DNA of 51,425 bases. Source: Folioceros fuciformis (Eukaryota). This document shows positions 36,443-47,844 of this stretch, in pieces. The notes beneath the pieces are model-generated. The model worked only from the letters and a program-made list of their open reading frames with translations. It was not told where the DNA came from and did no database searches. Position numbers and translations under genes: made by a program. The stretch spans positions 126,273 to 177,697 of the forward strand of contig JBNGIO010006073.1 of the NCBI GenBank assembly GCA_049999805.1, read 5' to 3'. Within the stretch, counting starts at the first letter, position 1. Each line of letters opens with the position of its first letter.

Positions 36443-39400
36443 ATGATGGATGTCCGCCCGGCATGCTCCCATTGTGGGTGTCTACCTCAATCCACCATCG
36501 TCACCATGGAAGGTGCATTGCGGGCTGCGGGATCGGACCGGCGCACTCCTGTAATCATATATTATGAAGCCCACTGGAGCAGGAACAGACGACGGATCTT
36601 GCAAGGGGTCACATTGCTGCTGCTCTTCATCCTTGCATCGCTGGCCCTCAACAGTCAGTCCCGCAATGAGTCCAACACCTCGCCTTACCAAGGTCTTACT
36701 TTGACGGTGGATGCCAAACATCCAGGCCGACCTATTCCTTCTACATTATTTGGAGTCTTCTTTGAGGTTAGTTCGCAAATGCTTTGTGCCATCCTTACAG
36801 CTGTCCAGTTCTGAATCGTCCATTTCCGAGCGCATCCTCTCAGCTGCGTGTCAACCCCCTGCCATGAATTCTGCAATCAGGAAATAAACCATGCTGGAGC
36901 GGGTGGCATCTGGGCTGAGCTTGTGAGCAATCGCGGTACAGCCATGAGCACCGTCCATTTTCGTCCTCTTGCACACTCCTGTTTGCCTCGTTGACCAACA
37001 TTAATTTTCTTTCCCCTTGTGCCCTTTTTCTATGTTGGAAAGGCTTCGAGGCAGGTGGCCCAAGTACACCATCTAGCATAGCTCCCTGGTACCCGATTGG
37101 GAATGGAACAAAAGTAATACTAGCGACTGAGAGGTCATCATACTTCGAACGCAATCCGGTGGCATTGCGAATTGATATCCTATGCAGTCGAGTTGGCTCG
37201 AACTTGTGCCCTGAAGGTGGAGCAGGTGTCGCAAACCCAGGTTTTTGGGGCATGGTACGACCACCTGTTCATTGTGCTTACTGCCATGTTCACAATCTTG
37301 AGCTTCTGATGTAGAGCTTGACACTCAGGACATACGTGCCGGCAACAAATACAGAGTTGTACTTTGGCTGCTCTCCAAAACTGCTGTCAGCTTGTCCATT
37401 GCTTTCACCTCCTCAGATGGGCTACATACTCTAGCACAGGGGGACCTCGTGTAAGTCACTCACTCTTTATCTTCTCCTGTGCAAAATGTTAGTCACTGAT
37501 GGTGGCATACACCAGCTCCGGAGACACGGTGCCTAGTGTGGTCTTTATTTCGGAGTATCTAACACTTGTTCCTCACCCGTGTATATTGTGGGCAGCTCAA
37601 CGGCAAGCAAATGGAACAGGCACGAACTTACTCTAACAGCATCAGCAACTGACCATGAAGCCAGGCTTGTCTTGCTTAGCAGTGACGTAGGAACTTTTTG
37701 GCTGGATCAAGTGTCGGCCATGCCCGTTAACTCCTACAAGGTCGGAGTAGTTTGATTCCAGCTCTTAGCATCTGCAATTCCAGAGTATCTCACAGTGGTC
37801 ATGGATTTTAGGTTTTAGGTCAGCACGTGATCAAAGACAGAGACATCCTCCACTCACACTTTCTCTGTCTTAACAGGGACATGGTTTTCGGAGCGAACTT
37901 GCTGTAATGCTTGAAAATTTAAATCCTGGCTTTTTTCGATTTCCAGGTGTTGTATATGAGATCATCCTTCTGACTGATGTGTCTGCTAACTTGTCAACCG
38001 TCAAGTGATCATGTGAAACACATTCTAATCGCAGCTTGCCCTCTGCAACCAGGTGGGTGTTATGTCGAAGGAGGTAGATTAATAAATGCTTGGCGCTGGC
38101 GAGAAACCGTGGGACCCTGGCAAGAACGACCTGGCCACTTTGGAGATGTGTGGAATTATTGGTCAGACGATGGGCTTGGGTACTTCGAGTATTTGCAGGT
38201 ATTCCCGGTGATAGCCAAGAGCTTTGGATGCATGTCTTGACCGGTCAGTCTGCCTGGTCTTGGATTCTTGGCAGTTTTGCAACTTTCTATCACATGCTTG
38301 ACATACTCTCGTTTCTGCAGCTAGCAGAGGACTTAGGTGCCTCACCGATTTGGGTTGTTAATAGCGGTATTGTCCCTTACTCGGAACAATCGATATGGCA
38401 AAGACTGCTGGACCATGTCAGCGGTTCGGATGTCACTGATGCCTTGCATTTGCAGGTATCAGTCATGGTGACGAGGTTCCAACGGCACTCATAGCGCCCT
38501 ACATCCAGGTATCAGTTTCGCGTTCTTCTTTCTTCACCCTGAACAGTTGGGAGCAGACTAATCAAGTTGCCTGTCCGTCTAACCAGGACACACTTGATGG
38601 CATTGAGTTTGCAAGAGGAGCTGTGACCAGTCAATGGGGTTCGTTACGTGCGTCCATGGGTCATCCAGACCCGTTTCCACTTCACCATATTGCTATAGGC
38701 AATGAGGATTGTGACAGGTTCAACTATCGAGGTGAATCCGTTGACCCATTCTCGTGTATGTCCTGTTGTGATGTTTGAGTAGCAGATTTTGGGGTTAACG
38801 AGACACCATTATTAGGCAACTACCTGGAATTCTATGGAGCTATCAAGGCCAAATATCCGGACATTAGCCTGATTTCCAACTGCGATGCCACTTCGAAACC
38901 TTTGGATCATCCTGCCGATCTGTATGACTTCCATGTAAAGGAGTTTCCCCTTCTGGATGCTGCATTGTTTCATATCTGCCAGCCTCTAATACGCACGGGT
39001 TTACGGCCAGGTGTATACATCTGCGAGTACTTTATTCGCCATGTCCCATCAATTCGATCATACCTCGAGATTAGGACCTAAGGTACTGGTGCCGACAATG
39101 GTTGTTAAGAGATGAAGTAAAGCCTATTGACGAGGTTACCTGGCAAAGAGCCTTACGCTGTGCAGGGTATGCCGCAGGTATTTGTTAGTGAGTACGCTGT
39201 CGTTGGGGCAGATTCTGGGACGGGGTCCTTGCTAGCAGCCCTTGCAGAAGCAGCATTTATGATAGGGTTGGAGCTAAACAGGTCAGTCAGAGCTGTGAAA
39301 GTTGTAGGTGTCAGGATGACCTGTGCAGTGTGCTAAAAATGGAAAGCTCACTTTTTCATGCGTTGTTCCATGCCTAACAGTGATGTCGTGGAGATGGCTA

Positions 39401-40225
39401 GCTATGCCCCTCTGCTTGTGAATGATCATGACAGGAGGTGCTCTTCAAACTCAAACACTCAGTTCCACTTCTTCGGTTGTAAGAACTTGTCGATTCTCTT
39501 TGAAGTTCCACATGTATTTCAATTTTGGTTGTCTTCAGAATCGCTTCTCTTGTCAATGTGAATACAGGTGGAATCCAGATGCCATTGTTTTCAACTCTTG
39601 GCAGCAGTATGGTACTCCTAGCTATTGGGTGCAGCAATTGTTCCGGCATTCAAATGGAGCACAACTCCTTCCGTTTTCTTTGGAGGCAGGGGCTACCAGT
39701 GGAACGTCAGCCATTGTGGGCTCAGTTGTTCGAAGGCATAGTGCGCGAGATCTAACAGATTTCCTTGTAATAAAGGTAAAGTTGCTGTCTTCCGAGTAGA
39801 TGGACTCACTTGTAAATGTTGTTTGGAAATCTCACATCGTCACCTGGCATGCAGATTGTCAACTTCGGGAAAGATGTCTTGCCAGTTCGTATAGACGTTG
39901 AAAATTTGCAGACTCACGGGTTCCTCTCGGCTGCCTCAACTGTAACTATTCTTTCCTCAGCGAATGCCATGGATGAGAACTCCTTCACAGAGCCAGAAAA
40001 GGTAAAAGCAAGTGACTTGGGGATGAACGGAAGGGCTTGGGTCTGGTGTTTACATGTTACTTGAAGGTGCCGTGCTTTGTTATGCAGGTCGCGCCACAAC
40101 AAAGCAAGCTCGCTAACCTAAGTAGCGAGACCGAATTGCTCCTGCCCGCACATTCCTTCGTTACCGTAGATTTGCAATTGAGCAATCTGTTGTGTTTGAA
40201 TTCAACCGAGGGATCTGTGGCCTGA
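36443..40225 (+). CDS. ASD1: Alpha-L-arabinofuranosidase (GH51), multi-exon
   Basis: LFGVFFE/EINHAGAGGIWAELVSNRG/FEAGG, NPGFWGM, RFP/GGCYVEG, ERPGHFGDVWNYWSDDGLGYFEYLQ, IGNEDC (acid/base Glu), FVSEYA (nucleophile Glu), VEMASYAPL, WNPDAIVFNS, GTPSYWVQ, DENSFTEPEKV. Stop at 40223-40225. The start ATG is uncertain (36443/36446/36506). Confidence 0.95.
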
Positions 40226-40625
40226 GGATATGCTGGCCTTTGAAGCTTCTTTCTAGTATTCACGCCGTCAACTTCGAGCGGGGGTTTTGAGTTTTCAACC
40301 TTCCGAGCGTCCAATAACTGGTGACGGGTGGTTATTTACTCCTTCACATTGTGGATGGGTCTCACTTCCGAGGATGCCCTCATTTATGAGGAGGCCTTCA
40401 TTTTTGAAGAGGCCCTCAGCAGCGTTCTCTAGTTGTCTGTGGAATGGGCACCATTGGATTGTGTGTCCATAGCCGCACATTTGTAGACGCGTTGGAAGAT
40501 ATTTCTAATAGCCACCAACCGATGCCTTCTGTTTGTGGTTGGGGCTGCTGTACCATTTCCATGCACTGAGACCGTGTGACTATTTGAAACTGGTTGACAT
40601 TTCTTAGTAACTGAGTGCACATTGA

Positions 40626-43600
40626 CTAGTTTCTTTTGTATGCTACGAGTCCATTCTGGATGTTGGATGTCATTGACTTCAATCTGGTATATATCTGTTT
40701 CCTCTCAGGGTGATCCTTGTCTTCTACCACAAAATAGTGCAGCTGGTTCTCGAATTCCATCCAGGTACGGCCGGGTTCCTTCTCCACACCTCTATCCTCC
40801 ACGAGTTTTCTTAACTCTGCGTGGTCCTTCCATAGGCCAGCTTCTGCGTAGATGTTTGACATCATGCAGTAGGCAGCGGACAGAGTGGGGTCCAGTCTCA
40901 TTACATTATCAAATGCAAGCTCTCCTCGCTCCACGTTACCATGGATCTGGCAAGCCGCAAGCAGAGAAAGCCACACAATGGCGTCGGGGAGAAATGGCAT
41001 TCTCTGTACAAGCTTCACAGCCTCAGAGAGATGACCAGCACGACCAAGGAGATCTACCATGCATGTGTAGTGCTCCATGTCAGGGAGGATGCCAAATTCT
41101 GTAGACATAGATCGCAGCAGCAAGTCCGCCTCCCTGACCTGACAGGCATGACTACATGCTTGTAGCAGGCATAGGAAGGTAATTCTGTCTGGTTGAACTC
41201 CTTCATGTAGCATCCTGTTGAAGACCTGCAGGGCAATTCTAGCAGCCCCGTCCTGAGAGTATCCAGCAATCATGGCATTCCATGACCCAAGGGCTCGCTT
41301 GGGCAGTCTGTGAAACACGTCACTTGCGTCCTGAATGCTCCCGCATTTTGCAAACATGTCAACTAGACAGTTACCAAGATAGAGCTTAGACTCTAAACCT
41401 CTCCGCAAAATCTGTGCATAAAGCCGCTTGCCCTGATTCAATGCTGCCAAACCTGAACATGCCTTAAGCATGCTGATGAAAGTGACTTCATCTGGTTGGA
41501 TACCCTCTTCCTGCATGGCTTCAAACAGTTGAATACACCGTTCATACTCACTGTTTTGTAGATGTCCAGCCATTATTGCATTCCATGAAACCAGATCCCT
41601 GCCAGTAAGTTTGTGAAAGACGGTGTACGCATCCTTCAGGTTTCCACACTTGGCATACATGTCAATCAGTGAATTGCCAAGCACAACATCCGACTCTACT
41701 CCACATTCTATGATCCAAGCGTGAACTAGCTTACCCTGATCTAAAGCTCCAAGATTGGAACATGCTTTCAACACGATGATCAGAGTTCCTTCATCTATGG
41801 CAATGTCCTCCTGCTGCATTTCCTGAAATAGAGCAAGAGCTTCCTGACTGCAACCATGCTGGGCATATCCTCCAATCATAACATTCCACAAGCCTACGTC
41901 CTTCGTTTCCAAGCTACTAAATACTCTGTGGGCATCCTCCAAACTTCCACATTTGCAGTACATCGTTATGGTGCATCTTATAAACTCATTTGACGCAAAA
42001 CAAGCCTCCAAACAGCAGCCATGGAGGACTCTGCCAAGCTCTAGGGCAGCCTCACTGGCACATGCTTTCAGAATGCTGACAAGCGTGACCAAGTCTGTTT
42101 GTAAACTTTCTTCAGACATTTTCAAGAAAAGATCAAGACCTTCCTGACCAAAATCATGCTGGGTGTATCCTGCAATCATAGTATTCCACACCACCAGGTT
42201 TCTGGACGATACTCTGTCAAACACTCCCCGTGCAATGTCCAAATTCCCACAACTGGCATACATGTTGATCAAGGCGCTGCAAATAAATGCATCGGACTCA
42301 AGGCCTGTACCAGATATCCCAGCATGAAGTAGCCTTCCTTGATCCAGAGCTGCTACACCAGAACATGCTTGAAGTAGGCTTACAAGGGTGACCTTGTCTG
42401 GCTGCATCCCTTCCTGATGCATTTCATGCACCAGTTGAAGTGCCTTCAAACTAGCTCCGTCTCGTGCATAGCCCGCAATCAATGCATTCCACGAAACAGA
42501 ATTCCTTCTCTCCAATCTATCAAAAACTCTTTGAGCGTCCTCCATGCTCCCACACTTTGAATACAAGTCAAGGAGGGTGCTCCCTAAAACTATGTCCGAC
42601 TCAAGCCCCTTCGCCATGATCTGGACATGCACCAACTTGCCGTGATTGAGATCTCCTGCTTTGGAGCACGCATTGAGAATACTGACAAATGTTACCCTGT
42701 TAGCCTCCATCCCTTGCTGTTGCAATTGGTGGAAGAGTACAAAGGCCGCGTGAACTTCTCCATTGTGGGCATACCCTGCAATCATGTTATTCCATGTTAC
42801 CAACGTTTTTGTCGCCAATCTGTCAAACACACAACGTGCATCCTCCATGCTGGCACATTTGGAATACATATCAATCAGTGTGCTGCCAACAAATACATTT
42901 GATTCAAAACCACGTTCCGTAATCTGAGCGTGTACCAGCTTTCCTCGGTCTAGGGCTGCTCGACTGGAACAAGCTTTCAGAAGGCTGACGAAAGTAACCG
43001 CATCGGGCACCACGCCGTGCTGCTGCATCTGGTCGAAAAGCAAGAATGCAACACGAGCATCTCCAGACTGGGCGTACCCTGAAAGCATGACATTCCATGT
43101 CACCAAACTTTTGGTCATCAATCTGTCAAACACCTTGCGTGCATCTTCTAGGTCTCCACACTTTGCATACATATCAATCACAGTGGTGGCGATGAATAGA
43201 TCTGACCCCAATCCACCCTCAATAACGTGAGTATGGAGCAGCTTGCCCTGCTGCAAGGCACCTAACCTGGAGCATGCTTTGAAAAGGCTCACCACGGCAA
43301 CCTGGCTTGGGAGTTTACTCTCGAGGTGCATTTGCTGATATAGGCGGATGGCAACCCAGCTATCTCCATGCTCAGCATATGCCAGAATTAGAGCACTCCA
43401 AGACATTGGATCTCTCTCTGTCAGCCTGTCAAATACTGTCTGGGCTGCCTCTAGGCTTCCACAGGAGGCATACATTTGAATGAGGGCACTGTTAACCCAG
43501 GGGTTGGAGTGCAACCCATATTTCATCAAGTGGGAGTGAGCATTCTGTCCTGCTGCCAGAGTCCTTGCAGCCGCACAAGCTTTCAACTCGGCCACAATTT

Positions 43601-43901
43601 CGCTCGCACTAATACCCTCAGGCCGAATATCCAAATCGCCAAGGAGCTCCACAGCTTGGTCAGCCACGTCAAGCTTAGCTGACATTGTTTCAGCAGGGGG
43701 CCCCTTCTGTGGAGCCCGATTGGTACCTTTCCAGCTTCCGCAACTGGACGACATACGGACGAGGACATTTCCCGAAGACGACCTGAAACCGCAGGCTCCA
43801 TCACCAAGCCACCTGCCAGCTGAAAGCTCTTTCTTTCCCGTGCTCTCCTGCAGAAAGTTGAAGAGCACTCTGGCAGTAACACAAATTTCTCGCCAGCCCA
43901 T
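40626..43901 (-). CDS. PLS-class pentatricopeptide repeat protein with E domains and PG box (E+ type, no DYW); organellar RNA-editing-type factor
   Basis: Single-exon ORF with eight LIDMYxKCGxxxDAxxVF-type repeats, HYTCMVDLLGRAG, WLSLLAACQIHGNVERG, YCMMSNIYA, and KEPGRTWME...F...D..HP. It ends at VAYKRN*. First in-frame ATG at 43901; later ATGs lie near 43755 and 43686. Confidence 0.95.
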   Translation of the reverse strand: MGWREICVTARVLFNFLQESTGKKELSAGRWLGDGACGFRSSSGNVLVRMSSSCGSWKGTNRAPQKGPPAETMSAKLDVADQAVELLGDLDIRPEGISASEIVAELKACAAARTLAAGQNAHSHLMKYGLHSNPWVNSALIQMYASCGSLEAAQTVFDRLTERDPMSWSALILAYAEHGDSWVAIRLYQQMHLESKLPSQVAVVSLFKACSRLGALQQGKLLHTHVIEGGLGSDLFIATTVIDMYAKCGDLEDARKVFDRLMTKSLVTWNVMLSGYAQSGDARVAFLLFDQMQQHGVVPDAVTFVSLLKACSSRAALDRGKLVHAQITERGFESNVFVGSTLIDMYSKCASMEDARCVFDRLATKTLVTWNNMIAGYAHNGEVHAAFVLFHQLQQQGMEANRVTFVSILNACSKAGDLNHGKLVHVQIMAKGLESDIVLGSTLLDLYSKCGSMEDAQRVFDRLERRNSVSWNALIAGYARDGASLKALQLVHEMHQEGMQPDKVTLVSLLQACSGVAALDQGRLLHAGISGTGLESDAFICSALINMYASCGNLDIARGVFDRVSSRNLVVWNTMIAGYTQHDFGQEGLDLFLKMSEESLQTDLVTLVSILKACASEAALELGRVLHGCCLEACFASNEFIRCTITMYCKCGSLEDAHRVFSSLETKDVGLWNVMIGGYAQHGCSQEALALFQEMQQEDIAIDEGTLIIVLKACSNLGALDQGKLVHAWIIECGVESDVVLGNSLIDMYAKCGNLKDAYTVFHKLTGRDLVSWNAIMAGHLQNSEYERCIQLFEAMQEEGIQPDEVTFISMLKACSGLAALNQGKRLYAQILRRGLESKLYLGNCLVDMFAKCGSIQDASDVFHRLPKRALGSWNAMIAGYSQDGAARIALQVFNRMLHEGVQPDRITFLCLLQACSHACQVREADLLLRSMSTEFGILPDMEHYTCMVDLLGRAGHLSEAVKLVQRMPFLPDAIVWLSLLAACQIHGNVERGELAFDNVMRLDPTLSAAYCMMSNIYAEAGLWKDHAELRKLVEDRGVEKEPGRTWMEFENQLHYFVVEDKDHPERKQIYTRLKSMTSNIQNGLVAYKRN

Positions 43902-44223
43902 GGGATGCTGCTGCGCTTGAACAGCGTCATTGAGCTGTGTAGGTGCAATCTGATACACAACCTGCAAGTTATGGGAATTTGGATCCTTGACTGTTCTATC
44001 CAACGAGACAGTTCCAGTAGCCACTGCTCTGCAAGCACACAATCCCCTGGTTCCTTACATCTAATGGCAAGATAGCCTGCCACCTCCTTCCTGGCGACAT
44101 TTTGACTATTTGTTTCTGGCTCCGCTCCATGGTGACGTTAATTAGCGATAACTAGCCATGGGCATTTTGACTCGGCCCTAAACTAGGTGACGCAAGCCTT
44201 TCTCAATTGCAGGGCATAAAGAA

Positions 44224-44870
44224 ATGGTTGGAGAGCAGCTTTCTTTGTGTGCAAAGTCGGGCAGCCTTGCAGATCCAAAGCAACTGATTCTCGTGATGTA
44301 CCTGTGGTGCCCTGTTGCGCTATGTTCACATGAAGGAGACGGTGAACAGGTCTTTCACCTGGTTATCAGAGTGCGAGAGGATGGCATCCAACCCGACGCC
44401 ATCGCCGTCACGTTCGTTCGTAAACTCAAGATCTTTCCTGGTCAAATGGGTCGCTTGGAGAAAGGGGTTTGGGCCTACAAAGAGGTACTCTTTCGTCACT
44501 CCGACAGCAGACCACTACACATGCATAGTGGATCTCTTGGGTCCGCAGAGGACAGATGAACGAGGCACTAGCTTTAGTACCGACGATGTTTCGGGTGGAA
44601 CAGAAGCATGGCCTTAAAGTAAAGGACAAGGAGCAAGTGTGGGACTTGCACAAAGCCACAGAAATAGGAAATCGACATGTTCTGCCGTGGATGGACTCTC
44701 TTGCTCCCGACGAGATTTGGGATTTTGCGTGGGCAGGAGTTCAGCACCCTCCACTGCGTGCTTGTAAAAAGTGAAGCAACGGGGAGGTGGGGTGCCATAG
44801 TGCCCGTTGATGAAGCAGGGAGCCTGGTCAAGAAAGAAGGAAGATCCCGGGGCATGCTGTTCAGGTTGAA
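44224..44870 (+). pseudogene. Decayed PLS-PPR gene fragment (C-terminal repeats/E region)
   Basis: Fragments in different frames: LCAKSGSLAD, DGIQPDAIAVTFV, TPTADHYTCIVDLLG, MNEALALVPTM, VKKEGRS. Multiple frameshifts and stops. Confidence 0.8.
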
Positions 44871-46121
44871 TATCCTCACCCGTGGTCAGAAGTGATGCTC
44901 GAGGTGCATGGGAGGAGGACACGAAAGGGCCGGAAAGCAGACGGACACTATGCACGGGTGCATAGGGTATGGGCCGGAGGGGGAGGAAAATGAGGGTGAC
45001 AGCCAAACTGAAGAAACGGAATTATGTGGACTCAGTCGCCGGAAGGCATATCCTATGTGGAAAGGAAAATGTATTGCGTGGCACAACTATAGTCCCAAAC
45101 AAGCTCGACATCCCACAGGTGATCCCCATGTTGTCACTGTGAGAGATGTGTGGGTATTTGCGTCTTAGGTCACACTGCCTACGGAAGATGGAGCAATCTC
45201 GGGAACTGCTGTTCAAGGACGGATCCTTGTGAGGAAGTGAGAGGCTGGTGTGCGAAGGCCTATTCCAACTTGCATGCATATTCTTCACTCTGTAAAAGCT
45301 CAGCAGATGAACGGATCATGCTCTATGACAATGTTTAGGACGACCCCATCCATCAAGGTTTCCAGCTGAATTGTGCCCACCATATCCCTGCTGACACGCT
45401 CCTGCTGCTCTCAGTCAAATCCCATGCAAATTGTGCTTGGCTGAGTTGACGCAGGCAGAGATGTAACGTCTTCAGAGACGTTGCCCAAATTGGCGAGGCA
45501 TGCATCAGAGCCCGGCACCCAGGTTCACCTGTTGCAGGACACAAAGAAACCATGGCCGATCTGTGATGCATTCACGATCCGCACCTGTTAACATGGCCAC
45601 AAAATCTACACGAGCCGCGGCAGGCGTGCAGCTTTTCTACTGTCGAGCTGAAAGTCATCTCATCGCTGGTGGGCCATCACTTGTATTATTGTTTATGCGT
45701 TGTGTGGTCGACTTTCTCGAGAAACAAACATGTTCTCCGGGCAGCAAGGCAGACCGCAGGCAGGCTCGTCTGCATCAACTTCCACCCAACGGACCAACTG
45801 TCCTTTGTCATTTCCCGAAAAGATACGCCCACGATGACGGACAACGGCTCCGTTTCTTTTGGCGACAAAAGCACGTGGATCCAAAAATATGATGGTGTGA
45901 AGCTTTTCTACAGCAACAATTACAACAACTCTCTGGTACCAAGCATCCTATTGCATTTGGTACTGGGTTGCGGTTGTATTGGGATGCAGAGCTCTACGTT
46001 TTACTATGAAGATTCAACACTTCTACTACCTCTGATGGTTGGCCGGCTGCATGACCCATCCAACAGAGAAGTGAGGTCGCAGGAAACCAGAATATTGTAC
46101 AGCAGGTGGGAGGTGGGACGG

Positions 46122-47844
46122 CTAGCACGGGGCTCTTGCTCTACAGAATAAGGGGCCGGCCTGTACAGTCATGATACCAACAAGAGCCGCTGATTTGGCG
46201 GGCGTGCCGACAGACTTCGAGAAAGTGTAGCGCTGCTCCCCTGCTGTTTTGGCACCCGATTGAACAAAGTAGGCTCCGTTCAACATCAAATCATCTAATG
46301 ACCACCAGTTCCAGGACTGCCAATTTTCATTTGTGTCCCGCTTCGTCACCTGGACATAGGCACACCATTTTGAGTACGGTTGAAGAGATTGCCACAAGAT
46401 AAGACTTTGTAGATGGCCGCTGGCGAAGTTTGCAACTTTACCTCTTTGGTGGTGGAAACGTCCGAGGCGAGATATCGGTTGCCCTCGCTGTAGATGGTGG
46501 GGTTGGCACTGCCTCCCACTGCATACATCTCCCACCTGGTGTAGTCGTTGTTGACGATATGGAATTGACCAAAGCGGCACCTGCAGGGCAGAACGCGGTG
46601 CCAATAAGCACCCTGTGGAGAAGAGGAGAGATTGCTGTGACTGGTTACAAGTACTAGTTAGTATTGGCTCACGGATGAATACCTGGGCATTCGCTGAACC
46701 AAGCCGTCTCCGAAATGGTTGAGAGCAACGGTAACTTGCATGCCCTTATCAGCGGAGTACTCATCACTATGACCCAGCAGCATCACCTGTGGCGCATTGG
46801 ACGTTTTTTCATGTCAGAGCACCGGGAGAGCGGAGAAATTCAATGCTATCCTCAACTTTGTGTGGTGATCGAGAAATGTTCCGACTTGAAGTACCTTGTC
46901 ATGGTTTGTGAAGTAGTTGTTGGAGATGGTGATGGCCGTGGAAGACATGACAGCATCGATGAGCCCGTCTTCACAGTTTGACAAGTAGACGTGGTCCACC
47001 CAGATGTCTCTGGAACCGAAGATGGAGATTCCATCTCCATCTGACCTTGTCCTCCACCCAAAGTGGGTAGGAGAGCTCCTTACCATGGAGTTCCCAGCTG
47101 ACCGACAGTTGTAAACTTTCACACCGTGAATTATGACGTTAGAGATGAATTGCAAAGTGAAGCAAGCACCGTTGGCAATGTGAACATCAGCGCCTCTTCC
47201 GTCGATGGTCTTGAAGCTGTTCATGATGAGCTCCTCCTTGAGCTGAATGACCATGTCTCTCTCGAAGACAATCCACAGCGGCTCACTCTGAATGACAGCA
47301 TGCCTCAGCGTGCCTGGTTTCGGGGTCACAGCGTCGTCGTCACTGGAGTCGGTCACAACGTAGTACCCCCCATTCTTGCCGCCCAAGGCATTCCTCCCGA
47401 ACCCGATACCGCAGTCAGCCAGCCTCTTCCTATTGGCGGCCCAGTTGGCATCACACCTCCAACAATCGTCGATCGGGTTGCCAGTGAGGTGGCATCCCTG
47501 GCCCTGGCCATGGCCCCGGAGCTGCAGTCTGGTGCTGCTCATTGACAAACAAACAGCCAACGAAAGGACATTGATGAGCCCCCGGGCCCTATTCTGCCTG
47601 ATTCAGGACCAAGCTCGGAATGAATTCGCTTTCGCAACGTTCAAGGATACCTGGCTGAACTTTCGGTCAAGTTCCTGGGCTGAAGTGTGTGAGATCCTCG
47701 GAACAGGTGGGTGGCTGCATTGTCGTCTGTCGTCTCCACAGCTGCTGGAGATGCCTCGGCCCACGCTGGTGTGCCTCCAACGAGGATCCCAAGAAAGAGA
47801 AGCAGAAGCGGAAGCAGAGCAGCCTGGGGCCATTGCAGATCCAT
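46122..47844 (-). CDS. Pectate lyase (PL1), canonical secreted type, 5 exons
   Basis: Signal peptide [126 protein letters not shown]; stop TAG at 46122-46124. Confidence 0.96.

Noticed and set aside
40300..40625. Possible DYW domain downstream of the PPR stop
   Set aside because: No HSE/HAE, CxxCH or terminal DYW-like motif in the minus frames.
44900..46100. Short ORFs between the PPR pseudogene and the second pectate lyase
   Set aside because: No recognisable similarity or consistent exon structure.
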